Assembly: GCA_951406725.2 (NCBI GenBank)
Contig: OX597814.1
Coordinates: 215,822,001 to 215,886,000, forward strand
DNA from: Octopus vulgaris
Lineage: Eukaryota
DNA length: 64,000 bases
Reading direction: 5' to 3'
The notes under the pieces were generated by a model. It had not been told where the DNA came from, did not search any database, and was given only the letters and a program-made list of their open reading frames with translations. The stretch's first letter is position 1. Each line of letters opens with the position of its first letter. The position numbers were made by a program, and so were the translations under genes. Shown here piece by piece: positions 26,099 through 39,020 of the stretch.

Positions 26099-26889
26099 CT
26101 GTTAAAAGTAAGCAAATAATTTATTATTACTCAATGAGAAAATAATTAATTTCTGCTAATTACAATGCAATGTTTTAACTCATTGTTTCTATCACAAATA
26201 TTGTTTTAAATTAATATTTTCATTTATTGTATCATAGAATAACTTCCTATGAGGAAGAGGCTTTTGAATATTCTGTAGTTTGGGGAGGAATTTTTACTTA
26301 CAGAATAAAAAGAAATAAAATTTGCTTGTTTAAGTGACTGTAAAAAATTATTCATGGAATTGAAATTGGTATCAAGATTCCATGTTATGCCCAAACACCA
26401 GCTTAATAATGACAAAGCTAATTTACTTTATTGTTCGTAACTTTCAAAACTGTTTAAAACAAAGGAAGAACATTTCTGTTGAAACAGACTGGCTTTGAGT
26501 AAATTCCTGTGAATTACTGGTATGTCAACAGTGCTTTACTTCAATGCTATATATACTGTCCTACAGAGTATATCTGCAGATGTGTACCCAACACTGAAGA
26601 AAGAAGAAAAAGAACTGGTCCAGCCAAACAATCTTTTCCCGTCCCCAACACATATTGTATACAGAAAGTGTATATATGACGCTCAGTTTATATACACCCG
26701 TCTTGCTTACACCCATCTATGCATAGCCAATATAGTTTATAGAGACACGACGTTTACATTACTATAAAAATATATATATACAGATATTGTATATATAGAC
26801 AAGACATTTACATTAGTCTGTACACACAGATCTTGTACATCTCCCTCTCTCTCTTTCGGAGAGGCACAAGCACCTACACGCACATATAC

Positions 26890-27045
26890 ACACACGGCAG
26901 TAACTTCCGCCTGCCGAATTCAATCACAAAGCTTCGGTCAGCTCGGGGCTATAGCAGAAGACACCTACCCAGAGTGCCACGCAGTGGGACTGAACCCGAA
27001 ACCATATAGCTAGGAAGCAAGCTCCCTAACCACACAGCCATGCCC
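26890..27045 (-). mobile_element. tRNA-derived SINE head
   Basis: Minus strand reads ggctgtgtggttagggagcttgc..gggttcagtcccactgcgtggcac (A/B-box-like). Related heads lie at about 38570-38720, 42490-42630 and 48180-48330. Confidence 0.7.
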
Positions 27046-27297
27046 GCGATTATATAGATATGGGTGTATATGGTTCTGTATGTGTGGTTCGCCCTGAAAG
27101 TCCCTGAAACGATGTATCCTCAAGAAAAAACGAATTTGATATTCAAAATCTGCATCCCAATGAATGGTCATCCATAAATAATAATATAAAAATATAATTT
27201 GCAACGAGAACTCAACTGCAAATGTCTTTCTCTCTATTTGTTACCATGAATCTCTCTCTATTATTTTTCTCTCTGCCCCTCTCTCTCTCTCTCTCCC

Positions 27298-27329
<32 letters not shown>

Positions 27330-27384
27330 TGTATTACCTCTCACGCATTGCTTTCATACTGTTTAAAACAATGTCTTCTAAAGT

Positions 27385-28500
27385 TTACTTTCGTTGTATC
27401 ACAGCTTGTATGCACAAACCCTGTTTTTTCATTGCTATTCTGACCTCGTCTGTAGAATTCATATTTTTTACATCCAAATCATTTTTGAAGACTGCAGAAT
27501 GAATGATATAATCAGATGGAGCAATGTCTGACGAATATGGTGGGTGGGGCATCGTTTCCCATTCAAACTGCTCCAGCCTTTGGAATGTCATTCTTGCTGT
27601 ATGTGGCCAAACATTATCCTGATGGAAGAACACCTTTCATCTTCAAACCAAAGATGGTCGTTGTTCTTCTAGTGCTGACTTAAACTGCTCAAGCTGCTCA
27701 CTGTAGATCTCCTTTGTTATTGTTTGGTTTGGGTTTAAAAGTTCAAAGTGGACTTAACCTTTCATATCTCACCAAACTGATAACAACACCTTATATGGAT
27801 GAAGACCTTCTTTCTCCTGGGGTATCGGTCTTTCTCCTTTCCCTACACACTTCAGTACTTGACATTCTTATAGAGAACCCATTTCTTGTCACCAGTCGCT
27901 ATTCAGTCCAAAAAGATTCATTCATGAGATGTGACAGCAAAGAAGAGCACACCTTAACTCTCTGTGCATGATTAGACTCAGAAGTTAGTGAAGAAATCAT
28001 TGACACCATTTGCTGTTTGCTGACTTTGTCTGGTGGCATGCAGGTGTCGATGAATGGTTGAATAACCAAATACAAGCTTCTCTGTTAGTTCCTTAACAGT
28101 ATGATGAGATTTTGTTCCACCAGGCTTTGCAGGACATCCTCATAGAGCTCTACAGATCTTCCAGAATGAGGGTTGTCTTCTAGGCTGTAGTTTCCAACAC
28201 AGAATTTGTGGAACCACCATTGACACTGGCTTATACTTATTGTCCAATCCTCATATACTGTATTAATATTCCTCACACTTTCCATTGTCTTTATGCCGAA
28301 TATGCTCCTTTGTAACTTCCATTGTAGCTTTGAAAAAATGACTGTTAAAATTGAACTACACTCTTCAAAATTTGAATTAAGAATAATTCAAAGGTAAAAT
28401 TACTACCTGCTTTTATAGCAAGTTGATGCAGGTCGTATTTTTTCCCATCCCCCTCCAACTTTCAGTTCATGCAATGGAAAAAATCACATTATTTATGGAA
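27385..28500 (-). mobile_element. Mariner transposon remnant (transposase pseudogene)
   Basis: Start MEVTKEHIRH at 28322, HTH region WFHKF..LED.PHSGR, and catalytic region FHQDN..HPPYSSDIAPSDY (the YSPDLAP motif). Contains deletions and frameshifts, and abuts an RTE insertion. Confidence 0.88.
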
Positions 28501-30727
28501 AAGAAATGTGTCTGCATGGATGATGGCTCAATTGCATTTAATGATGCTGCAAAGAGAGAGACTTGGAGATACCACTATGAAAGGTTGTCAAATGAAGAGA
28601 ATGAATGGGAGAATGAGAGTCTGCCAACAGAGAGACCAACTATCTAAATTTACAGTACCTTGGTAGATAAAGCAATTAAGGGTATGAAGACAGGGAAAGC
28701 CCGGACCCATCAGGAAACACTGCAGAGATGCTTAAAACATCTGGCAGTGTCGGCTATAGCCTAGTCACCCATATAGTCAATCAGGTGATACATGAAAGAG
28801 TCATACCCAATGACTGGTGTAGCAGCATAATAGTCAACTGCTACAAAGATAAAGGTGACACTTTAGATACAAATAATTACAGAGGTATCACATTGTTGGA
28901 TCAGGTAATGAAAGTCACAGAGAGGGTTGTAGCCCAACTAATTAGGGAGAGAGTCAGTTTAGACAAGATACAGTTTGGGTTTGTGCCAGGGAAAAGCACC
29001 ACTGATGCTATATTTCTGGTAAGACTGCTGCTGGAGAAATACCTAGCCAAAAATAAACCTATGTACCTGACTTTCGTTGACATGGAGAAAGCCTTTGACA
29101 GGGTCTCCTGATCACTTATCAGGTGGTCAATGCGGAAACTGGGGATAGATGAATGGTTAGTGAAGGCTGTACAAGCCATTTGCAGGGATACTGTCAGTAA
29201 GGTGAAGGTTGTCAACAAGTATAGTGAAGAATTCTGAGTAGGGGTCCACCAAGGACCAAGTCCCTAACTCCATTTTATTCATCATAGTCCTCCAGACAAT
29301 AACAGAGGAATTCAAGATAGGATGTTCCTGGGAGATACTCTATGCTGATGACCTTGCTCTTATAGCTGAGTTACTATCAGAACTAGAGAAGTTTCAGGTG
29401 TGGAAGTAATGTCTAGAATCAAAGGGTCTTAGAGAGAATTTCGCAAAAAGCAAGGTCTTAATAAGTAGGAAGGCAGACAAATCACAAATCCATTCAGGTA
29501 GATGTCCTGCTTGATCTGTAGAAAAGGCATCGGTAGAAATTCCATAAGATGTACCCAGTGCAAGCTATGGACACACAAGAGGTGCAGCAATATCAAAGAA
29601 GGCTAACTGGGAAGATAGTTTTTGTGTGTGCCAAATGCAGAGGGGCGATAAACACTGGAAACACATGCCAGGTGGAGAAACTAGAAGTAGTTCATAGCTT
29701 CTGTTACCTAGGTGACCAAGCCAGCATTGGGGGTGGATGCACTGAGAGCAGAACTTCTTGAATGAGAATACCCCAGGCAAAGTGCAGAGAGCTCCTACCT
29801 CTGCTGGTAACAAAGGTAGACTGTATGACACATGTGTGAGAACAGCTATGCTACATGGCAGTGAAACATAGGCTGTGACAGTTGAGGACATGCATAAGGT
29901 CACAAGGAATGAAACCAGTATGCTCCACTGGATGTGTAATGTCAGTGTGGATACACAACAGAGTTTAAGAACCCTGAGAAAAAAGTTGGACATAAGAATC
30001 ATCAGATGTGGTGTGCAAGAGAGACGACTGCACTGGTATGGTCATGTGGTGCAAATGGATGAGGATAGCTGTGTGAAAAAGTGTCACACCCTAGCAGTGG
30101 AAGGTACTTGTAGAAGAGGTAGACCCAGGAAGACATGGGATGAGGTGGTGAAGCATGACCATAAAATGTTGGGCCTCACAGAGGTGATGACAAGCAACAG
30201 AAACCTTTGGAGATATGCTGTACTTGAGAAGACCTGGCAAGCCAAGTGAGACGATAACCATGACCTATGCCAGTGTAACATAACCAGCCCATTTAAGAGT
30301 ACCCATCAATCCTTGGCCAATAAACTGCACTTGAGGAGACCTGTTGAGTCAAGTGAAATCATTGTTATAGAGGATGCCAATACTGCCTGATTGGCAGCTG
30401 TGCTGGTGGCATGTAAAAAGCACCATTCGAGTGAGGTTGTTGCCAGTGTTGCCTGATTGTTCCCATGCTGGTGGCATGTAAAAAGCACCATTTGAGCTTG
30501 GTTGTTGCCAGTGCCACATGACTGGCCCCCATGCCGGTGGTACATAAAAAGCATCCACTACAATCTCGGAGTGGCTGGTATTAGGAAGGGCATCCAGCTT
30601 CAGAAACCTTGCCAGATCAGGTTGGAGCCTGGTGCAGCCTTCTGGTTTGCCAGTCATCAGTGGAACCTTCCAACCATGCCAGCATGGAAATGAGACATTA
30701 AACAATGATGATGGTGATGATGATGAA
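28500..30727 (+). mobile_element. RTE-clade LINE, 5'-truncated and decayed
   Basis: FVDMEKAFDRV, LYADD remnant, RRGRPRKTW, 3' UTR repeats and (GAT)n tail. Confidence 0.9.
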
Positions 30728-31555
30728 GCTGATATTCCACCCATCTCTGCTATTGATGCTCAAACACAGAGTAGGGTTTGCTGACCCCTGTTACTTTGTT
30801 GAACACTTGACCATATCAGATTTTATATTTTGGAGATATCTACACTCCGACAGGGGGTTGAGTTCCACTCAGTTACATTGATGTTCTTGGAAAAGACACA
30901 GAACAAGAAGCAGAGTAAAGGGGGAGGAGGCGGACAGAGATTATTGGTGTGGAATTGTGAAATGTGTCTTGATTGTGGCAGCTTGGAAGAGGAGGAGGAA
31001 GGGGAGGAGGAAAAGAGTGAAAGGAAGACAGACAGCACTGATTTCAAATCTGCTGAATCAGAACTGACTCGGGGTTAAATAAGAACAGCCAAACTGCAAA
31101 GAAGACCTTCAGTGTTACCAATTCTTGTAGAGTTGGTTTTGAATCCAATAACAACCAACAAGCAAAACATTCTTAGCTTCAAATGTTACAATGGAATATT
31201 TCAGAAGCAAGAATTTGGTGATGGGAAATGGTATAATGAAAGGATAAAGCACAAGATATAATGAACAGCCTTAAAGGTAGCATGAAGAAAGGTACCCAGG
31301 ACATGCTGTGAAGTGGTTGGCATTAGGAATGGCATCCAGCCATAGAAACCATGCCAAAGCAGACACTGGGGTTTAATAAACCCTTCTGGCTCATTGGAGC
31401 CAGTCAAAATGTTGCACCCATGAAAGTATGGAACAAGGGCAGTAAATTATTATGAGGGTCATTTCTATTTTCTTTTCTTTATTGCGGAATATTGGTTTTT
31501 GGTAAATTCCAAGAATATCAACATAAAACAACAAACAACAAATACATCAACCAAC

Positions 31556-31783
31556 CTTTGCTATTTCTCTGTCTTGAGGATAAACCGTAAAGTAAACGTC
31601 TTTGATCTGGCTTGGATTTAGATTTGAGTAGTTTTTCACGGCTTCATACATAGTTCTGGGTAGATTTTCAATGGGGTACTTCAATGTTCCAGCTCCTAAT
31701 ATAGGAAATGCAATACTTTTCACTCCCATTCTCTCAGTATTTTTCAGACAAATGGTTATTATTTGAGTCAAGTTTGCCAGAAT
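31556..31783 (-). CDS. PARP14: PARP14-like exon C1 (macrodomain 2 C-terminal half)
   Basis: ILANLTQIITICL...KSIAFPILGAGTLKYP...IKDVYFTVYPQDREIAK. Acceptor tttttag|ATT, donor AAG|gttgg. 228 nt, phase 0-0. Confidence 0.9.
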
Positions 31784-32606
31784 CTAAAAAAAATAATTGT
31801 TTAGTAATTGATAATGAATATTTTATTAGAGGAAGGAATTGTTAAGTTGTAATTAATATATTCTTTGATTAACAGATTCCACACAGAATTTGTTGTTCTG
31901 AACAGAAATGTTTTACACATTTGAATAACATTAAACAACTTCTAGTGATTATTGGATTAACAGATCATGTGGTCATTGGATTAACATGGATCATGTGACA
32001 GAAGGATCAACACAGATCATGTGATAGCAGGAAGTCTGGTCTGAGTGAAGATATGGATGCCGTGAATGGAAAAAGAAATGTTCCAAGATTTGGTGGTTGC
32101 ACAGTGTAATTCAGGTGGAATTTTGTAATTAACAAAAAAAATAATAGGGAAGAGGAGAGATTAATTATTATTTACAAGAGGGAAATCTGGGTGAGAACAT
32201 ACTGCAAGAAGCAACAAAACCACCCACAAGGAAGGGTGCCACAGGCACAAAAGACTCTACACTGCACACAAGAGACTATGGTTGAGTCGAAATGTTCAGG
32301 GAATATCTACAATAGAGTCTACATCAATTTCAAACAACCAGAATCCATGCTTTGGAAATTGTACAGAATACCACAACACCAGACTGTAGCCCATACTGTA
32401 GCCCATACTGTACGTCACTGGACATCAAAATACATGCTTCTGTCTTGAAGCAGACGGAAGTGTTGTATGACTGGAAAAACACATCTGTGGATTGTGCATA
32501 GTTTTATGGACAATTCCGTTCATGCCACAGGGATGCTGGATCAATGATAACCTAGGGTTGTACAACAACTCTTTCAATAAATCGATATAATATGATTGAT
32601 ACTTAC

Positions 32607-32834
32607 TGAATCAGATGAATTTTCATCCCAGGGAGGTAATACCAGGTGAAATACTTTCTTACATTTGAGGTTATATCCTTTAGTGATGGCTAATTCAGAT
32701 GTAGAAATACCTTGAGGATATTTCTGGTTACATTCAACTTGTATCTGTGGACCAGCAGCATTGAGAATAGATTTGGAGATAGCACCAATGTTAAGCTGGA
32801 GGCTTTTATTGGTGCTGTTAATGATGACATCAAC
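32607..32834 (-). CDS. PARP14: PARP14-like exon B1 (macrodomain 2 core)
   Basis: VDVIINSTNKSLQLNIGAISKSILNAAGPQIQVEC...TKGYNLKCKKVFHLVLPPWDENSSDS. Acceptor ttttgtag|GTT, donor TCA|gtaagt. 228 nt, phase 0-0. Confidence 0.9.
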
Positions 32835-33116
32835 CTACAAAAGTAATTAATGGTAAACAACTAAGGAACATTCCGTAGAGAGAAAAGAGATACATTGTTG
32901 CAGTTGATATTGTTGTTAAGAAAGGCTCTACAGAATGGCTGTAGTAAGTTTGAGGTTGTTAAAGTTAGCAAAAGATTTACTCAAGATATCAGATGTGAAG
33001 GAAATAAAATGTTTGAGTTAGATTGAGAAAAGGTTTTAATTAACTGGAAATGATTCCTCATTTGCAAATGAAATAACAATTAAATATAAATATGTTAGAT
33101 GAATCTATTTACTCAC

Positions 33117-33253
33117 AGATGCATTAGAAATTGAACCAATCATTAGTTGTATTTTGATGCCAGCATTTTCTCCGGATGCCACATTAGTTCTGGGTGTCAT
33201 AGGGGCTGCTTTCTGTTGTGGACCAAGAAGGGATGAGTTTGATGATGTGGTTC
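33117..33253 (-). CDS. PARP14: PARP14-like exon A1 (linker and first strand of macrodomain 2)
   Basis: Translates GTTSSNSSLLGPQQKAAPMTPRTNVASGENAGIKIQLMIGSISNAS. Acceptor ttttcag|GA, donor TCT|gtgagt. 137 nt, phase 1-0. Paralogous to 22911-23047. Not in the ORF track. Confidence 0.85.
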
Positions 33254-34096
33254 CTGAAAATAAATAATTAAACATTTTTCTCTCTCTCTTAAAAGAACTA
33301 CTTTATTCCATATAAATAGTAATGATATTCCTTTCTGAAAATATGATTTAGCAAGAGAATACATGCTAACTTGTAGTCATTCTCCCCCCCCCCACACCTT
33401 TTATATAGCGATAAGGCTATATAACGTTATTTCCATCTATTTCTTCTACCAAATGGACTAAAAATACATTGAAGAACATACTTGAAACTTTCAAAGTCTA
33501 AAAACAGTGAAACTGGTTAGTAAAATGTGATCTTCCACCTCTTATGAAACGTTTTTGCTTAAAACATTTATTAAAACAGGCTTCAGATGGTGTAGATTCC
33601 ACTAAGTTGGGAATTTGGTGTGAAAAAAATGTTTTTGAGGGAGTGAAGAGAGGAGTTTCAGAAAATTCACACAAACTCAAATTCGTTTCCTCATAACTTT
33701 TGGGAAAATGGTTATTTTTAAAGGAAAATTTCCACAAATACCTTTAAGAGTGTGTATATCACGATAATAAAAGAATTTAATATGAAAATAAAAATTGCAG
33801 ACATAAATACTGATACATGTCAGATATTTGTTTTGAGACCTTTTTTTATTTTTTACCTCAAATTCCAGTAGAATTGGAATTTATACCATCTGAAGCATAT
33901 TCATAAAAAATTTCATTAAAAAATATGCTTTTCTTTAAATTTTAAGGAAAGGAATTCATTGCAACACACATGTATAGGCATGGTGCAGGTAATGTTCAGG
34001 CTAGTTGCTATATATCATTGCACATGTGTGACCAGAAGTCCATAATAAACATGTAGTCTTTAAAATTTTAGTGAAGGATATATATATATATATAAA

Positions 34097-36102
34097 TTTT
34101 TTTTTTTACTAGTTTCAGCTCAGAGCTGCGGCCATGCTGGTGCACCGCCGTTTTGTGCTACACTGTTATTACGACGAACCTCGTCTAATATGTGGCACTT
34201 GGTGAAGAATGGAGTTTGATATAGCTACTCTCATTTGCACCTCTTGCTGTGAGGTAGGCTCATCTGGGACTCTTGACAGGAAGATGTCCAGCTTTGATTT
34301 AAAAACCGCTACATCTACTTTGTGCAAGTTCCTCAGACTCTTTGGGAGAATATTAAAAAGCTGTGGGCTCTTGAAACCCAGGCTGTTGCAGAAGCTGGTC
34401 CTGAAGCATGATGGCATTGCTGGGATCTTTGGCACTATGCAGTGTCATCCCGTTCTAGCATTGGTGTAGCTTACAATGCCAAAATTTGGTACCATTCCTT
34501 CCAGGATCTTCCAGACATATATTACTGCATACCTGTCCCGTCTTCTCTCCAGGGAGTACAGTCTTAGCTGTTTCAACCTTTCCCAGTAGCTGAGCTGTTG
34601 CAAAGAGACGATCTTCTTTGTGAATCTTCTCTGGATTGCTTCAAATTCCGCTGTTAATTTTACACTGGTGGGTGACCATAGCTGTGAGCAGTAATCCAGG
34701 CGGCTGAGGGCGAATGTCCGCCAGAGGACCATCATGGTTTCTTTATCTATGATTCTGAATGTTCTTAGGATCCACCCAGCCAGTTGTCTGCACTTTGTCG
34801 CCATCCTGGTAATGTGCACTTGGAAAGAGGTATCATCATTCATGTCGATACCCAGGTCCCTCACAGACTTAGGCTCTGGGATTGAAATTCCCTGTGGACC
34901 AGTGTATCCTGTAAGTTTAATATTCAGTTTTGGATGCTGGTAGCGCAGGGCCTGGAAATTTTCAGCATTAAACTGCATATTATTATCCTCAGCTCATCTG
35001 TAGATTGAGTCCAACTCCTGCTGCAGGTGTGCAACATCGCTGGGGTTCTGTATTTTCTGCAAGACTTTCGTATCGTCTGCATAGCCGGGCATTTGAGGGC
35101 ATATCTGAGAGGGCCACTATAAAAAGCAGTGGTCCCAAGACAGTGCCCTGTGGAACACCGCTCACTATTTGTGTGTTCATAGAGGTGGCTCCATTAACCA
35201 CTACTGCCTGACTCCTATCTTTCAGGAAGTCATGTAACCACACTCCTAGTTTTCCAGCTATGCCAAGGTGATGTAGTTTGTGGCATATCATACCATGATC
35301 CAACTTGTCAAAAGCTTTTGCAAAATCAAGGTAGATTACGTCTACATTTGATTTGTTGAGTAACTGCCTCAACACCCAGTCATAATGCTGTAAGAGCTGG
35401 GTCAGGCAGCTCCTACCTGGTCGAAAACCATGCTGGGAATCACTCAGCAAGTTATTTTCCTCAAGGAATGCGATTAGTTTCTTTCTGACTATCCTTTCCA
35501 TGACTTTGCTGATGTGTGAAGTCAGAGAGATAGGCCTATAGTTTTTGGCATCTGCTCTACTTCCCCCTTTATGTATTGGGCATATTATTCCCTCCTTCAG
35601 CTTGCTTGGCAGTGTGCCATTCGCAAGAAAGCTCTGGAAAAGAATCTTGAGGGGTTTTGCCAGGGCATGCTTACACGCTTTGAGGAGGATGGCTGGGAAA
35701 CCATCTGGACCAGCAGCTGAGTTTGTGTCCACTTCATCTATGGCTAGTAGGACATCTTTTTCGCTAATGTCAATACATTCTATTGTAACCGCCTCGCTGG
35801 TTATAGGTGAGGCGGCAAAGAAGTCCCCTGGTTCATTCACTTGTCTGTGTTCCAATGGGATGGTAAAGACACTTTTGAACTGGTCATTCAGCATCTCGCT
35901 GATCTTAGTTGGACTGTCTGTGAGGGAGCCATCCTTTTGGAGGAGGGGTCCTATCTTGTAGTGCAGTGAGACTGTTTCTTTCGCGTAATGAAAGAAGGTC
36001 TTTGGGTTTGATTTAATGTTTTTTATAACCCAGGCCTCTTTGTCTGCTTTCTTCTTCACATCGGATTGTTGCAGCCTTTTTTCGATGTCCATCAGTGTTG
36101 TT
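34097..36102 (-). mobile_element. CR1-like LINE, 5'-truncated
   Basis: RT motifs NYRPISLTS, QHGFRPGRSC, YLDFAKAFD, GVPQGTVLGPLLF and a frameshifted YADDTK. C-terminal LYSLERRRDR. Poly(A) at 34097-34107. Flanked by (TA)n on both sides. Confidence 0.9.
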
Positions 36103-36146
<44 letters not shown>

Positions 36147-36450
36147 GTGCATTTTAAAACCTTTTTTGTAATTTTTCTTTCATGTATATATCACTCATAT
36201 GGCAGTGTTGTCTGCATCACATGACTCAGGCTGATGGTCATGTGATAAGTAATTTGTAACAGGGTAACCTGTTCAAGGAAAGAAACTTGGTTATTCAGTT
36301 GAAGAAGGCTTCCAGAGCTAAATGGCCTCTCGTAAATACTTTAGAGTCAGACAACGCTATAACTCTTGGTTCGACATTATTGGACATAAGAAAATAAAAC
36401 AGTTATTACAAGAAATTTCTCTTTAAAGAATGATTAGTAGAAAATGTAAA

Positions 36451-38105
36451 TCATCATAATCATCGTCATTTAACATCCACTTTCCATGCTGGCATGGGTT
36501 GGACAGTTTGACTGAAAGTGATAGGCTGGAGAGCTGCACCAGGTTTCAGTCAGATTTGACACAGTTTCTACAACTGGATGCCTTTCCATATGCCAACCAC
36601 TCCAAGAGTGAAATGGGTGCTTTTTATGTGACACCAGCATCGTCTACGATTTCATTTGGTTTGATGAGTCTTCTCAAGCATGGTAAATTGCCAGAGGTCT
36701 CAGCAACTTATCATCTCTGTGTGGACCAAAGTTTGTAAGGTACTTTTTGTGTAACACTGGCATAAGCCACAACTACAATTTCACTTGGCTTGATGGCTCT
36801 TCTTAAGCACAGAATATTGCCAAAGATCTTAGTCACTAGTCATAACCTCCATGAAGCTCAATGTTCGAGGATCGTGCTTCACCACCTCATCCCTTGTCTA
36901 TTTTGGGTCTATCTCTTCCACATGTCCCCTCCAAAGTGCAGTCTTCTCTCTTGCACACCACATCTGATGCCTCTTGTGCACCATTTTTCTTTCCAGATGC
37001 TTACACTCTGCCATACATGCACACTGACATTGCACATCCAGTGAAGCAGAGTGCCTTTATTTCTTTCAAGCCTTTGCATGTCCTCTGCAGCCACAGCCCA
37101 TGTTTCACTGCCGTATAGCATGGCTGTTTGCACACAGGTATCATACAGTCTACCTTTCACTCTGAGGGAGAGGCCCATCATTATCAACAAAGGTAAAAGC
37201 TCTCTGAACTTTGCCCAACCTAATCTTATTCTTACAGCTATGCACTTGGAGCTTCCACTTCCACTACTAATTTGTTCACCTAGATAGCAGAAGCTGTCAA
37301 CTACTTCTAGGTCTCCCTCACAGGCATTTGATGGAGTTTATTTTCTGTACATTTCTAGTGCTTATTGTACCTACACACAACAACTATCTTCCTGGTTAAC
37401 CTTCCTTTGATATTGCTGCACCTTTTATGTGTCCATAGCTTGCACTGGGTTCATCTTATGGAGTTTCTACCAACACCTTTTCTGCAGATCAAGCAGGGCC
37501 ATTTACCTGAAGGGATTTGTGATTTGTCAACTTTCCTACTTGCTAAAACTTTGGTTTTTTCTAGATCAACTCTAAGGCCCTTCGATTCTAGACCTTGCTT
37601 CAATGCCTGAAACTTCTTTAGTTCTGGTAGTCAATCAGCTATTAGAGGAAAGTCATCAGCTTAGAGGAGCTCCCGGGGACAGCCTATCTTGATTTCCTCA
37701 GTTACTGATGAATAAGAGGGGGCTGAGGTGAACCTCTACTTCTACCTGGAATTTTTCACTATACTTGTTGCCAACCTTTAACTTGCTGACAGCATCCCTG
37801 TACATGGCTTGAACAGCTCTCACCAACTACTCATTTATCCCTAGTTTCTGCAGTGACCTCCAGATAAGGGATTGGGGGACTCTGTCAAAAGCTTTCTTTA
37901 TGTCAATGAAGGCCAAGTACAGAGGTCTACCTTTGGCTAGGTACAGAGGTTTATTTCCCGCAGCTGTCTTACCAGAAATATAACGTCAGTGGTGCTACTC
38001 CCTGGCACAAACCCAAACTGCATCTCGTCTAAACTAACTCTCTCCCTAGTTATTTGGGCTATGACCCTCTCCATGACTTTCATCACCTGATCCAACAATT
38101 TGCTA
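36451..38105 (-). mobile_element. RTE-clade LINE fragment, decayed
   Basis: GLSLRVKGRLYDTCV..MLYGSETWA, (CAT)n tail and 3' UTR like the other RTE copies. Confidence 0.88.
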
Positions 38106-38275
38106 ACTCTCCAATGTCTGTTTTTTGTGGGGGTGGGGACACTTTATACCTTCATATTAATTAGAATATGAACAATAGTCATGTTTACAATGTATCAGAT
38201 AAATAATTATAATCATCCTTTGTTAGGGAATCACAGAGTGAGACAAGAATATTTTATCAACAGCTATAAATTAAA

Positions 38276-38517
38276 CATCATCATCATCCTTGTTTTCACA
38301 TCCATTGTTCCCTGCTTGCATGGGTGAGATTAGTTTATTGAGGCAGACTTTCTATAGCTGGATGCTCTTCCTGATGCTGACCCTCGCCTGTTTCCAAGCA
38401 AGGTAATATTTTCCCCTGGCCAGACGTGGTTTCCACAGAAGACAGGAAACAAACAACCTCACTTGTATGCTGGGGATGCTCGTTTACAGCCATCACATGA
38501 TGTCAAGACAGTACAAA

Positions 38518-38563
<46 letters not shown>

Positions 38564-38720
38564 ACATATATGAGGGGCTCTTGTATCAGTTTCTATCTTC
38601 TAAACCAGTTGACAAGACTTTGGTCAGCTCAGGGCCATATTAGAAGATATTTTCTTGAGTTGCCTTACATTGGGAATCAACATGGTTAGAAATGAAGCTT
38701 TTTAACCACAAATCCATGGC
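38276..38720 (-). mobile_element. SINE with tRNA head, (AC)n centre and RTE-like tail
   Basis: Head similar to 26890-27045. Tail (CAT)n..gctggatgc.cttcctg similar to the RTE 3' UTR. Related copies at about 39390-39640 and 47840-48330. Confidence 0.7.
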
Positions 38721-38840
38721 TGTGTCCATAAACCAATAATAGGAATCAGATAAAAGTTGACTGAACGAAGAAAAATCTTAATTAACACCTGAAATAAATC
38801 AAAATTTTCTCTAAAATATCAAATAAATAACAAGTCCTAC

Positions 38841-39020
38841 CTCTGCTTTTACTGATTCCAAACACCATTTCTAGATGAAGCTTAAAAGCTCTGATTACTT
38901 CCTTCTGTACATCAATCAAACAAATATGTTTTATTTTAGAATTTGAGTAAGCATCAAGATAAGTCTTTATAGTTGTTACTATACATTCAGTTCCTTCTTC
39001 TATGGGTATACCAAAAGTAC
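38841..39020 (-). CDS. PARP14: PARP14-like exon, macrodomain 1 C-terminal part
   Basis: (G)TFGIPIEEGTECIVTTIKTYL...IKHICLIDVQKEVIRAF completes the STG-x-FG loop. Acceptor ttacag|GT, donor AGAG|gtagg. 180 nt, phase 1-1. Confidence 0.9.

Larger units (their letters stand above)
16080..33270 (-). repeat. Intragenic tandem duplication of a four-exon macrodomain cassette (copy 1 about 26030-33270, copy 2 about 16080-23070)
   Basis: Identical exon sizes and phases in both copies. Homologous introns: 16170-16800 with 26100-26830, 18605-19070 with 31430-31890, 21460-22000 with 31890-32340, 22190-23070 with 32385-33270. Confidence 0.93.

Noticed and set aside
16531-26767. Duplicated plus-strand small ORFs (MSTVLYFNAIY... 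at 16531-16761 and 26522-26767)
   Set aside because: They are simply paralogous intron sequence from the cassette duplication, with divergent ends and no domain similarity.
30830-31078. 82-aa acidic and Gly-rich ORF
   Set aside because: Purine-rich low-complexity sequence with no ATG start, splice support or recognisable domain.
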